A DNA stretch of 64,000 nucleotides, taken from contig CAYGJA010000001.1 of assembly GCA_964350165.1 (NCBI GenBank), positions 174,545-238,544 of the forward strand, given 5' to 3'. Every line of letters starts with the position of its first letter. The first letter of the stretch is position 1. The notes below the pieces were generated by a model that was not told the origin of the DNA, did no database searches, and was given only the letters and a program-made list of their open reading frames with translations. The stretch is from an uncultured Candidatus Saccharibacteria bacterium. GTDB lineage: Bacteria; Patescibacteriota; Minisyncoccia; Phycocordibacterales; UBA1006. The translations under genes and the position numbers were made by a program. Below are positions 31,577 to 41,270 of this stretch, in pieces.

Positions 31577-32572
31577 TTAACGTTTTCTATTCTTGGCGAC
31601 AATTACCGCTTTCTTAATGGATTCTACGTCCATACCATACTCTACCATCAACTCAGCAGGCTCTCCCGACTGACCAAAACGATCGTGAACACCAACAAAC
31701 TCAATTGGCACTGGTTCGTGCATCGACAAAAATTCCGCAATTGCCGATCCCATACCACCAGCTACCTGATGTTCTTCTACGGTCACAATCGCACCAGCAT
31801 CATGAGCTAGCTGATAGATTGCTTTGGCATCAAGTGGTTTTATCGTTGCCAAATTCATCACGCTCACCGCCAGCCCCGAATCTGTTAATTCTTTGGCTGC
31901 GATAATAGCGTTGTGAACCAGTGCCCCTGTCGCAATAATTCCCACAACAGGATTTGGGCTTTCAAAATACATTTCGGCTTTACCAATCTCAAAAGGAGTT
32001 TTGTGTGTTGTAAAAATTGGAGACTTGTCTCTCGCCAAACGTATATAGACAGGGCCCGGATGATTAGCTGCAGCCAGGGTTGCCTTTTCTGCCTCGTGGG
32101 CATCACAAGGACTAAGAACAGTCATGTGAGGCTGCATTCTCATGAGACCAATATCCTCGAGTGCTTGATGAGTGGCTCCGTCAGGACCAACGGAAACTCC
32201 AGCGTGACTACCTGCAATCTTGACTGGTACATTATTGAGAGAAATCGTAGTTCTAATCTGTTCATTGTTTCGCCCAGGAGAAAAAGCAGCGTAGCTGGTG
32301 ATAAAAGGAATTTTGCCGTAATTAGCAAGCCCTGATCCAACACAAGCCAAATTCTGTTCGGCTACACCAACCTCGACATAACGATCGGGGTATTTTTCTT
32401 TGAACCAATGCATACGGGTTGATTCTGCTAAATCAGCACAAACCGCCATTACCCTACTGTCTGCATCAGCGGCTTTTACTAGACCATGACCAAAGCCATC
32501 TCGCGTTGGTTTTTGATCCAAACGAGAGGTCTCGAGTGTATAAGCATGCAAATGTCGTGCTAGATGTTTCAT
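31577..32572 (-). CDS. transketolase, C-terminal section (pyrimidine-binding + C-terminal domains)
   Basis: Split-transketolase architecture. Motifs: FITSYAAF, GPDGATHQALEDIGLMR. Confidence 0.9.
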   Translation of the reverse strand: MKHLARHLHAYTLETSRLDQKPTRDGFGHGLVKAADADSRVMAVCADLAESTRMHWFKEKYPDRYVEVGVAEQNLACVGSGLANYGKIPFITSYAAFSPGRNNEQIRTTISLNNVPVKIAGSHAGVSVGPDGATHQALEDIGLMRMQPHMTVLSPCDAHEAEKATLAAANHPGPVYIRLARDKSPIFTTHKTPFEIGKAEMYFESPNPVVGIIATGALVHNAIIAAKELTDSGLAVSVMNLATIKPLDAKAIYQLAHDAGAIVTVEEHQVAGGMGSAIAEFLSMHEPVPIEFVGVHDRFGQSGEPAELMVEYGMDVESIKKAVIVAKNRKR

Positions 32573-32574
32573 AA

Positions 32575-33441
32575 TTATTCGCTGTGCCCAGCCTCTATTA
32601 TCCCATGCAGAGTACGTAGTTCTTTTAAGAATCGCTGCTCCTCTTCTGTGGTTGGCGGTTTACCATGCCAATGATAATCAAACTCTATTTCTTTTATTCC
32701 CTTGCCTGGAATAGTATGAGCAATAATACAAACTGGTTTTTCGTAGACAGCATGACCCTGTTCTATGGCATCAACAAAAGCTCGAATATTGTGTCCATCA
32801 ACCTCAATAACATGCCAACCAAAAGCTCGCCATTTGTCTGCCAAAGGTTCTAACGGCATAACGTTCTCTGTCATCCCATTAATCTGAATATTATTTCTGT
32901 CAATAACCACCGTCAGGTTGGCTAGTTTTTGAGCAGCGGCAAACATGGCTGACTCCCAAATATTTCCAGCATCTAATTCTCCGTCTCCCGTGAGGCAGTA
33001 TGTTTTGAAAGTTTTTCCATCCATGCGCCCAGCCAAGGCAATACCGGCTGCTTGGCCAAGCCCTGAACCAAGTGGTCCAGAAGTGTTCTCTAGACCTGGA
33101 AGTTTTTCTCGTTCTGGGTGGCCTTGAAGTCGACTTCCAAATTTTCGCAAAGTTTTTAATTCGTGCAACGGAAAATAACCAGCATGAGCCATCACCGCAT
33201 AACGAACCGGAACAATGTGCCCATTTGAAAGAATCAGACGGTCTCGGTCTGGCCAATTCGGCTGATCGGGATTGTGATTTAATATCTGAAAATAAAAAGC
33301 TGTAAAAATATCAGCCATACCCAATGGTCCGGCGGTATGACCCGAGCCGGCATCTTCAAGCATGTCTACAATTGACTGCCTGATGGCGTTCGCCCTCAAA
33401 TCCAAAGCCTGTAATCTTTCATCAGATAAATGCATATACAT
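32575..33441 (-). CDS. transketolase, N-terminal section (TPP-binding)
   Basis: HTAGPLGMADIF..., GHPE..., GPLGSGLGQAAGIAL, GDGELDAGNIWE are TPP-binding motifs. Confidence 0.9.
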   Translation of the reverse strand: MYMHLSDERLQALDLRANAIRQSIVDMLEDAGSGHTAGPLGMADIFTAFYFQILNHNPDQPNWPDRDRLILSNGHIVPVRYAVMAHAGYFPLHELKTLRKFGSRLQGHPEREKLPGLENTSGPLGSGLGQAAGIALAGRMDGKTFKTYCLTGDGELDAGNIWESAMFAAAQKLANLTVVIDRNNIQINGMTENVMPLEPLADKWRAFGWHVIEVDGHNIRAFVDAIEQGHAVYEKPVCIIAHTIPGKGIKEIEFDYHWHGKPPTTEEEQRFLKELRTLHGIIEAGHSE

Positions 33442-34118
33442 CAGTATACCAAACGAGCCAGCTCTTCTACTTGTGTTGCGGGATTATCATGATGAAAAAC
33501 AGCTGAACCAACCACAAACCTATCTACGCCGGCATTATCAAGCTCGGTAATCGTATCAAAATTAACCGACCCATCAACAGTAACCAAAAGATCAGGGTAT
33601 TTGTCTTTAAAATATTTTACATTTTCCAAAACTTTCCCCGAAAAAGGCTGAGCCTGAGCGCCGATGACGTCAATCCCCATACATTGCAAATAAGAAAAAT
33701 GTATGAGCTTTTCTTCTATCTTTTCCCTGTCCAGATCATCATCAAAAGAAAGCCCAAAAGAGATATATTCTTTGGCGTTTTCTATTTGTGTCAAAAGATC
33801 GTCCCAATCCTGAACAGATTCATAATGAATAACAATCGCCGCAGGGGCCAAAGCTTGCCACAAAGCCAGCGTCCGCTCGGGAGTCTTGATCATGAGATCT
33901 AGCTCATAATCAACGTGCTCCCAATCAGGCAAACCTTCGGAAAGAATTTCTTGCCCTGGCTCGATTCGGTCTAGCGGATAAGGCCAAGTCTTTCCCACGA
34001 CAAAAATACCATCCATGATATCAATCTGGATCAAATCAACCACGGCTGAAACCGATTGCGCTTTGGCAAAGAGATCTTTTTTGTTTTTTGGCATAACAGC
34101 CGGCACAATGGGAAACAT
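33441..34118 (-). CDS. rpe: ribulose-phosphate 3-epimerase
   Basis: TIM-barrel RPE motifs (IDIMDG, CMGIDVIGAQAQPF, VTVDGSVN, DRFVVGSAVF). Confidence 0.85.
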   Translation of the reverse strand: MFPIVPAVMPKNKKDLFAKAQSVSAVVDLIQIDIMDGIFVVGKTWPYPLDRIEPGQEILSEGLPDWEHVDYELDLMIKTPERTLALWQALAPAAIVIHYESVQDWDDLLTQIENAKEYISFGLSFDDDLDREKIEEKLIHFSYLQCMGIDVIGAQAQPFSGKVLENVKYFKDKYPDLLVTVDGSVNFDTITELDNAGVDRFVVGSAVFHHDNPATQVEELARLVY

Positions 34119-34121
34119 GTT

Positions 34122-34814
34122 TTAGAGAAGATAACGAACAATTCCGGCAACAGCAAAAATAATCCAAACCGCGTTGATAACCACCGCCTGCATATTTTCG
34201 TCTTGCCTTGCATCAACAAGAACAAAAATCGATCCAGCAAAGTTGGCCAACAAATATCCAGAGTCTGATACCTGCAGAACATTTAAAATATTTGCCACAT
34301 ACGCACCCAGAATAAGCACAACACCCAGCCAACCAAAACGTTCTATTTTTTTATTTTTTATACCCCTTCGAGCCTCAAACTCTATTTTTTTCAGACGACG
34401 AACATGTCGTTCTTCTTTTCCAAATCGTGTTTTTAACCAAACATCAACCACTGTAATCATTTCTTCAATGGTTACAAAGCGAGCTCCAATAGAGAGCATA
34501 TTGGCGTTGTTGTGTTGTCGAGACAAGCTAACAATTTCTTGGTTGCCGCCAGCATATACAGCACAGCGAACCCCCCGAAATCGATTGGCAACCATGGCCT
34601 CCCCCTGCCCCGAACCACCAAAGATAATACCAACGCTCTTGGGGTCAAGCGCCACCGATCGAGCCGCCTTGGCCACAAAATCGGGGTAGTCATCATCGCT
34701 ATTTTCTTCAAAGGCGCCATAATCTACCAGCTCATAATCATGTTCGGCCAAATGAGCGAACAGTTTGTCTTTGTGCTCGAGGCCCGCATGATCAGTCGCA
34801 AAGTAAATCTTCAT
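34122..34814 (-). CDS. rpiB: ribose-5-phosphate isomerase B with about 75-aa C-terminal two-TM hydrophobic extension
   Basis: MKIYFATDHAGLEHK...GIIFGGSGQGEAMVANRFRGVRCAV is the RpiB/LacAB core (about 155 aa). It continues in-frame into the hydrophobic segments FGWLGVVLILGAYVANIL and AVVINAVWIIFAVAGIV. Confidence 0.8.
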   Translation of the reverse strand: MKIYFATDHAGLEHKDKLFAHLAEHDYELVDYGAFEENSDDDYPDFVAKAARSVALDPKSVGIIFGGSGQGEAMVANRFRGVRCAVYAGGNQEIVSLSRQHNNANMLSIGARFVTIEEMITVVDVWLKTRFGKEERHVRRLKKIEFEARRGIKNKKIERFGWLGVVLILGAYVANILNVLQVSDSGYLLANFAGSIFVLVDARQDENMQAVVINAVWIIFAVAGIVRYLL

Positions 34815-34819
34815 ACCAA

Positions 34820-35845
34820 TTAAACCCCCTTGGCGGTTGCGATAACGTGTTCCACTAATGTATTGGTGTACCCAGCCTCGTTGTCGTACCAAGACAATAT
34901 CTTTACCAAGTTACCATCAACCACTCGAGTAAACTCAAGATCAACAATGGCTCCAAATTTTTTCCCAATAATATCAGAGGAGACGATAGGGTCATTGGTT
35001 ACTCCCAAAATCCCATTCCAGCGTTTGTCATTTACTGCTTTAGTGAAAGCTTCGTTAATCTCTTCAACAGAAGTATTCCTCTTTGCAATAAAAGTAATAT
35101 CAGCAATTGATCCAGTGATAACCGGAACTCGCATAGCAATACCGTCAAATTTTCCAACCAAATCGGTAATGACTTCGGTTACTGCAATAGCTGCCCCTGT
35201 CGAGGTGGGAATGATATTTTGAGCGGCTGCTCTGCCCTTGCGATAATCTTTGCTTGGAGAGTCCTGCAGGCGCTGTGTGGCAGTATACCCATGCACTGTA
35301 GTCAAAATAGCTTTTTCTACCCCCACCAGTTCATGCATTATCTGCATGATAGGACTAGAAGCGTTGGTCGTACATGACCCATTCGAGCTGATTTGACAGG
35401 TTCCCAGCCGGTCATGATTGATACCCATCAAAACAGTGGCTGATTCAACGCCAGGAATTGGCTCACCTTTGGCCGGAGCAGAGATGACTACTTTTTTAGC
35501 ACCTGCATCTAGATGTAGCTTTGCCCCCTGATAATCAGTAAAGAAGCCCGTCGACTCGAGAACCACATCAATATTCATGTCGCCCCATGGCAATTGAGCT
35601 GGGTCTTTTTCTTGCAGAAAAGCTATTTCTTTACCGCCAACAATTAGTTTGTTTTCACCAGTAGCCACAGAAAAATCAGGCTTTCCATAAGCAGTATCAT
35701 ACTCCAACAAGTAAGCTAGATTCTTTTCATCACCAAGGTCATTAATAGCGACAATTTCAATATTGCCGTCATTTCGCTCGTATACATTTCGCAAAAAAGC
35801 TCTCCCAATTCTTCCAAATCCATTAATTGCTACCCGAATTCCCAT
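34820..35845 (-). CDS. gap: glyceraldehyde-3-phosphate dehydrogenase (type I)
   Basis: INGFGRIGR Rossmann motif. Catalytic ASCTTN region (SNGSCTTNASSP). 342 aa from the internal Met. Confidence 0.93.
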   Translation of the reverse strand: MGIRVAINGFGRIGRAFLRNVYERNDGNIEIVAINDLGDEKNLAYLLEYDTAYGKPDFSVATGENKLIVGGKEIAFLQEKDPAQLPWGDMNIDVVLESTGFFTDYQGAKLHLDAGAKKVVISAPAKGEPIPGVESATVLMGINHDRLGTCQISSNGSCTTNASSPIMQIMHELVGVEKAILTTVHGYTATQRLQDSPSKDYRKGRAAAQNIIPTSTGAAIAVTEVITDLVGKFDGIAMRVPVITGSIADITFIAKRNTSVEEINEAFTKAVNDKRWNGILGVTNDPIVSSDIIGKKFGAIVDLEFTRVVDGNLVKILSWYDNEAGYTNTLVEHVIATAKGV

Positions 35846-35908
35846 ACGTTTTTGAGCTAAATAGTAAAGTGTCATTAGTATAACAAACACTTTCCGTATT
35901 TGTTATTT

Positions 35909-36904
35909 TTACAGGTCGATAGTGCCAGCTCGCAGGATACGCGCCAAAGATTCGGCCTGCCCCAAAGAGGTAAAAGTAGGAATACCCAGATAGCATTGAT
36001 TTTCTACATGAATAGCTGCTCCTCCAGAGTTTCCGCTATCTACCTTGGCGGAAGTAACGTAGTGATTTTCTTCAATGGCGGCGATAATTCCTTCGGTGGC
36101 GGTTACGTCACGATTGGAACCAATAGTAGGAAAACCGAGGATAATCACTTCGTCACCAATTTGAGGCTCAGTGGTACAGAATTTTTGCTTGGCTGTTTTC
36201 ATTAGCCCCTGGACATGAGTGTTAGGAGAAGTCAGCTGGATGGTTGCATAGTCAGGATTTTCTAAATCTTTTTCTGAGCCATAAGAAATTACATTTTTAG
36301 GAAACGTAATGTTCTCATCATCCTGAGGAAAACGATAATAACAACTGAGATACTGCCCCGAAAAAGGCTCAACCACATGTCGGTTGGTTACCAAAATGGG
36401 ATTTCCGTTTTGTACAAAAAAAGTAGCCGCTCCGCGTTGCGTTAGTCTTGCTCCCAAAAAATTAAACTCACATTCCAAAAAAGCTATTCTTCCTCGCCAA
36501 GCATTTACAACCTCAGTCAACGTAACTTCTTGTTGTTCGGCAATAGCTGTCTCTAGTTCTTTTTTTGTAGCGGCAACGGTTTGTCTGGCGGCAGCCAGCT
36601 GGTCGCTGGTTTCAGTACGCAACCCCTCAAGCTCGATAGACAACCCTTCAGCCAGCCCCTGTATCAATTCTCGCTGCTTTTGTTGCTCTCCGGTAGTTGA
36701 CGCCACCTGTTCTCGTAACAATTCATTCTCAGCCAACAACACCCTGGTCGTATCCCGCACAGCTACCACCAGCACCCCCAAAATAAAAAGCACCAAAACA
36801 ACAATGATTCTGGCTGCCTGAGTAGGAAAAGAATCTTTTGAGCTATTCACGAATTTGCTGCTTGGTTCCCGAAATATAAGCATAAAAAGCTCGCTCAACA
36901 TCAT
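35909..36904 (-). CDS. membrane-anchored trypsin-like serine protease (S1C/DegP-like, no PDZ) with N-terminal TM and coiled-coil
   Basis: C-terminal catalytic block GDEVIILGFP...TSAKVDSGNSGGAAI with His/Asp/Ser-triad motifs. N-terminal TM plus a Q/E/L-rich coil. Confidence 0.7.
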   Translation of the reverse strand: MMLSELFMLIFREPSSKFVNSSKDSFPTQAARIIVVLVLFILGVLVVAVRDTTRVLLAENELLREQVASTTGEQQKQRELIQGLAEGLSIELEGLRTETSDQLAAARQTVAATKKELETAIAEQQEVTLTEVVNAWRGRIAFLECEFNFLGARLTQRGAATFFVQNGNPILVTNRHVVEPFSGQYLSCYYRFPQDDENITFPKNVISYGSEKDLENPDYATIQLTSPNTHVQGLMKTAKQKFCTTEPQIGDEVIILGFPTIGSNRDVTATEGIIAAIEENHYVTSAKVDSGNSGGAAIHVENQCYLGIPTFTSLGQAESLARILRAGTIDL

Positions 36905-37277
36905 CAGTAATAGCCTGTTGCCTTACGGCACTTCTGAGAAGTAATTCAATTCTACGAAACTGCACACTTATTTTATGTTGTGCCCAAGCAGCCCGAAACG
37001 TACTCAACCAAGAACTGCTATCACGAAAATCCTCTAGTTCAATTATGTTTTTATCAAGATCAAGAATTTCAAGTGCTAGACGAAAACTGACAACCTCTCC
37101 CGAGACTTCATCTTGAATCTCAAAATCAATATCGCTATTTTCTTTGGCCCAATCGAGAATAGATATTTCTTGATTCTGAATAGCGATTTCGCCAACAACT
37201 TCGCTTGCCGGAGAAGCAAAAACTCCAACGGGAAACAAAAGGGCGATACTGAGCACAATAAGGATATTTTTTAACAT
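36843..37277 (-). CDS. hypothetical secreted protein
   Basis: Signal peptide MLKNILIVLSIALLFPVGVFASPAS. No motif. Confidence 0.45.
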   Translation of the reverse strand: MLKNILIVLSIALLFPVGVFASPASEVVGEIAIQNQEISILDWAKENSDIDFEIQDEVSGEVVSFRLALEILDLDKNIIELEDFRDSSSWLSTFRAAWAQHKISVQFRRIELLLRSAVRQQAITDDVERAFYAYISGTKQQIRE

Positions 37278-37327
37278 ACTATGAAATGGTAGCCTATTTG
37301 GTTTATTTTTCAAGGCTTTTTGTGTAT

Positions 37328-40300
37328 TCAGGCCCCCTTTTTGATTGCCTCTACCAAATCACAATAATCACAGTTGGCTGGGTCGCATGGCTGATTCCAA
37401 AAAGAAAGCTCCATAATTTCCTCCGAAACCCTAAGAATCTCTTGCTCAAGAGCATCCACCTCATCATCGCTAATCTCAAATTTCTCGCTACGGAACTTGC
37501 CACTACTGTCTGGTTCAATAAAGACAATCTCTCCTGATCTCATCGTGTATCTCCCATCTTGCCAATGTCGAAGGAGTAATTTGTAGAACACCAGTTGCCG
37601 GTAATAGTCTCCAGTACTCGAAGCCGTGTTGCCCATAATGTCATTCCTGGTTTTCGGCTTACCGGTTTTGTAGTCAACCACATGCACCTCGTGATCATTG
37701 ATTAATTCCAGCTTGTCCAAGACACCCGTGAGTCGTACTGACTCATTCAGGTACACCGCTGGCACCCGGAACTCGTTCAAGGTTTCCATCACCCAACCAG
37801 CGTGATGTTCTTCGTACCAGTAAGCCAAATTAACTTCTCCTCTGGCCCTGGATTCTTCGTATTCTTCTCCCTGCAAATACACCTGGCCGTCGAGTGCTTG
37901 CACAAAGCGGTCAACCAAATACTGTGCACCAGGTAACACCTGTTCCCTACGGAGCTTTTCGAACAAATCCTGCAAAGCCGCATGCACTGCAATACCATAA
38001 GCCTGATGCTTGTTGGGTGGCTCGGGAATTCGTAATAGATTGCGATAGAAATATTGCCAAGGAGAACGCAGATAATTGTTGAGTGCAGACACCGACAGTC
38101 CTGTTTTTTTGAAAAGATTAGCCACAAAAGACTGATCCTCGAGACGTAGCAGTGATGCTTCGGTTGGAGCCTCGAGCAACAAGCCGTGCATGTCTGCGTA
38201 CTTTTCTTCGATGGCAGTGGTATCCATATGCTCCAAGTGCTCGGTGGAGACCTCTTGAAGAAAAGGCGTAGGCAGTACTTCTTTTTGATTTTCGTCACGC
38301 AAGGGATAGCTTACAATTACGTGCTGACGAGCACGAGTAAGCGCCACATAGAACAAGCGCCGTTCGTCGTCTTGAGTGGCTTTTTCTGGCGCCTCTCCGC
38401 CCGCAAAAAGCTGATACACCTCAGGAATTAACGGCAATAATTCGCGCTGTTTTTGTAATCCAAATCTCCCTGCATGAGCCCTGGTGATGTAGACATAATC
38501 AAACTCCAATCCCTTGGCTCGATGGGCAGTCATCATCTGAACCCTACCCGGCCGATCACCTGGCTGAATTCGTACTGACAATTTGTGTTCTTCGATGGTG
38601 GACAAATACCCCAAGAAATCTCGCAAAGTAAAATTGGCAACATCAGTAGACAATTCGTCTATCAGGGCCAGCATTTTTTTGAGCACCGCCAGGCCTTCTT
38701 CCGAATTATCATCGGACAATACATATTGCAGTAATCCCGACTCACGGACAATGCTGTGCACAGCTGTCCTGGCGTGCTCATTCCCAGCCTGAGTTATCCA
38801 ATGCTCTAGATTGGCGAACAATTCTTCGAGTTTGGCTTCTCCAACCAAATGCAAATCTTTGCGTAATTTTGGATCACGCAACAAATCAAATAATTGGTAT
38901 TTTCTTTTCTGACTAGCTGAGCGTACTAATTTGAAAACGTCCAGATGATCCAGCTCAAACAAATCCAGATGGAGTAACCGTACCAAAGTATTGTCGTCGC
39001 CATATTGCACAGCACCCTTGATCAGGGTCATGAGACGCACTGCCACTGGATGCCCCAGTACGTCCTGATCAGACCGAATCACATATGGCACCCCGATCCG
39101 ATCACACATGTCTGCCAAAGCCAGAGCGTCGCGATTGTTGCGATACAACACGGCAATCTCCTCGGCGGGAGTACCCGCGGCCAGGCGCTCTTTGATATCC
39201 ATCGCCACAAAAAACGTTTCCTGTTCGCTTTCAGGTAATTCATACACCTGGATCAAGCGTTCATCGGCGGTAGTGTTTGCAGACAAAGGCTCTTCCCCGG
39301 ACAGCAAACTATCAGCCACCGACAAAATCGTCTGCGTAGATCGATAATTCTGTCGCAAAGTAATCATCTGCGCCGATGCGTAGCGATGTTTGAAATAATA
39401 AAAATTCTCGAGCGATGCCCCCTGGAAACGGAAAATCGCCTGTTTTTCATCCCCCACCACAAACAAATTTGGAGCCTCATGAAAATCCATCAACAATTCT
39501 AGGATCTTGTTCTGAGCATTGTTACTGTCCTGGTGTTCGTCCACCAACACATATTGGAATTGTTCCTGGAGGATTAATTTGAGGTCTTCGTCTTTACGCA
39601 ACACGCGCAGCACCTCGACCAGCATGTCAGCAAAGTCGTACCGCCTGGACGCGCGCAAGCTTTTTTGATATTCGACATAAATAAAAGCTAGTTCTTCGTT
39701 CTTGTTTAGGCGCTTTTGCTGATCCTGGTATTTTCCTTTCATCTTGCCTTCGTGGGCACCCGAGTCATAAATCAAATCAGGAATAGCCTCGAAATTTGCC
39801 TTGGCTTTCTTGAGCAAGTCCCGGAATTCATCTTCGTCTACACCCTCTCTTTTCAGCTCATCAATGGCCGAACGAATGGATCGAATGTAGTAGAAGTTGT
39901 CACCAAACGGTTTGAGCAAGCTAAAATCATTCTGCACGAGAATCTTTTCGAGGATTTGGATTTGTTCCACCTCGGTAACTGGCTGAGATCCAATAATATG
40001 CGGAAAGGCTTCGCTATGTTGTTGGATAATATCGTTGGCGAACCCATGGAACGTAGTAATCCGCACCCGATGCGCCGCCGCACCCACAAAGCGCGCTAGT
40101 CGCGCGCGCATGTTGGTGGCGGCCGCCTCGGTAAAAGTCAGTGCCAGGACATTCTCTGGTTCGGTATCGGTGGCGCGCAGGATATTGGCAATGCGAAGCG
40201 TCAGGATTTGCGTCTTGCCCGTACCGGGCCCAGCCACCACCATTACTGGCCCCTCGATAGTGTCGACGGCTTGTTTTTGTTCGGAGTTGAGCATGTCATA

Positions 40301-40342
40301 GCCGTCTTTCCAGGCTTGTTCAAAATTGGTTTTGGTTTCCAT
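37328..40342 (-). CDS. UvrD/PcrA-family helicase fused to C-terminal PD-(D/E)XK (RecB/Cas4-like) nuclease domain with 4-Cys cluster
   Basis: Walker A AGPGTGKTQILTLRIANIL and UvrD motifs (DEHQDSN, VGDEKQAIFRFQGA). C-terminal VVDYKTGK...QLVFYKLL...CDPANCDYCD is a Cas4/AddB-type nuclease with an Fe-S Cys cluster. Confidence 0.85.
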   Translation of the reverse strand: METKTNFEQAWKDGYDMLNSEQKQAVDTIEGPVMVVAGPGTGKTQILTLRIANILRATDTEPENVLALTFTEAAATNMRARLARFVGAAAHRVRITTFHGFANDIIQQHSEAFPHIIGSQPVTEVEQIQILEKILVQNDFSLLKPFGDNFYYIRSIRSAIDELKREGVDEDEFRDLLKKAKANFEAIPDLIYDSGAHEGKMKGKYQDQQKRLNKNEELAFIYVEYQKSLRASRRYDFADMLVEVLRVLRKDEDLKLILQEQFQYVLVDEHQDSNNAQNKILELLMDFHEAPNLFVVGDEKQAIFRFQGASLENFYYFKHRYASAQMITLRQNYRSTQTILSVADSLLSGEEPLSANTTADERLIQVYELPESEQETFFVAMDIKERLAAGTPAEEIAVLYRNNRDALALADMCDRIGVPYVIRSDQDVLGHPVAVRLMTLIKGAVQYGDDNTLVRLLHLDLFELDHLDVFKLVRSASQKRKYQLFDLLRDPKLRKDLHLVGEAKLEELFANLEHWITQAGNEHARTAVHSIVRESGLLQYVLSDDNSEEGLAVLKKMLALIDELSTDVANFTLRDFLGYLSTIEEHKLSVRIQPGDRPGRVQMMTAHRAKGLEFDYVYITRAHAGRFGLQKQRELLPLIPEVYQLFAGGEAPEKATQDDERRLFYVALTRARQHVIVSYPLRDENQKEVLPTPFLQEVSTEHLEHMDTTAIEEKYADMHGLLLEAPTEASLLRLEDQSFVANLFKKTGLSVSALNNYLRSPWQYFYRNLLRIPEPPNKHQAYGIAVHAALQDLFEKLRREQVLPGAQYLVDRFVQALDGQVYLQGEEYEESRARGEVNLAYWYEEHHAGWVMETLNEFRVPAVYLNESVRLTGVLDKLELINDHEVHVVDYKTGKPKTRNDIMGNTASSTGDYYRQLVFYKLLLRHWQDGRYTMRSGEIVFIEPDSSGKFRSEKFEISDDEVDALEQEILRVSEEIMELSFWNQPCDPANCDYCDLVEAIKKGA

Positions 40343-40385
40343 GATTTGTATTATAGCTGATTCACACCTTGCGGATAGTTGTTTT

Positions 40386-41216
40386 TTAATTGCAAATTAA
40401 ATAAACATCTCGAGTTTTCGTCACCAATCCCTCGGCCATCATGGTACCGAGGATTTTTTGTAATCGTTCTATTTCTGGGGACTGGTCTATATCATTGGCC
40501 ACGAGGCGGGCAACTTCTTCTAGACTGGCTGGCCCCGCTAGCAATGCCCGCACAATAGCGCCGCGTATCTGTCGGTCTGATCCAACAAATGTACTTTGTT
40601 TGACATAATGCCGGCTGCGCCGGTTGGGGTTCGCTGCGCGCAGCACGTCGCCCAGATGCGATCCATAATCCATCAATGCCCAATACCACTGTCGATACTT
40701 TTTGCTCGGCAACATGGCGGTGACTTTTTCCAGCACTTCACCATCAGTTACGTCTTCTCGACCAGGAAAAAAGTGATGCAAAAACACTCGTCGAATATTC
40801 GTATCAACAAAACTCACTGGCCGATCGTACGCAAAAGCCATAATCGCCCCCGAGGTATACGGACCGATACCGGGCAATTGTTCCAGGACTGTTCGCTCCC
40901 TAGGTAGTTCGCCCTTGTGTTCTTTTACCACTAGCGCCGCCAGCTCCCCCAGCCGCAAAGCCCGATTGTTGTATCCCAACCCTTGCCACTGCTCTAATAC
41001 AGCCGCTCGATTAGCTCCAGCCAGAGCAACAAAGTCTGGCCACAATTCTATCCAGGTATTGAATTTGTCGATCACGCGAGGCACCTGCGTCTGCTGCAGC
41101 ATTATTTCGGAGACCAACACTCGGTACGGAGTAATATTCTGCCGCCAAGGCAAATCATCGCGACCATGCTGGCGATAATACGCCTCTATCCTGCTCTGAA
41201 AATCTGGCTTTTTCAC
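40386..41216 (-). CDS. mutY: MutY-like HhH-GPD adenine DNA glycosylase lacking the [4Fe-4S] cysteine cluster
   Basis: VLVSEIMLQQTQV and WQGLGYNNRA match the MutY catalytic core. HhH LPGIGPYTSGAIM. Catalytic Asp in VDTNIRRV. No Cys-x6-Cys-x2-Cys-x5-Cys cluster is present. Confidence 0.75.
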   Translation of the reverse strand: MKKPDFQSRIEAYYRQHGRDDLPWRQNITPYRVLVSEIMLQQTQVPRVIDKFNTWIELWPDFVALAGANRAAVLEQWQGLGYNNRALRLGELAALVVKEHKGELPRERTVLEQLPGIGPYTSGAIMAFAYDRPVSFVDTNIRRVFLHHFFPGREDVTDGEVLEKVTAMLPSKKYRQWYWALMDYGSHLGDVLRAANPNRRSRHYVKQSTFVGSDRQIRGAIVRALLAGPASLEEVARLVANDIDQSPEIERLQKILGTMMAEGLVTKTRDVYLICN

Positions 41217-41270
41217 GGGTCGGATTATAGCACTTCAACCCCCGAGAAAAAGGAGTATACTCTGAACCAT

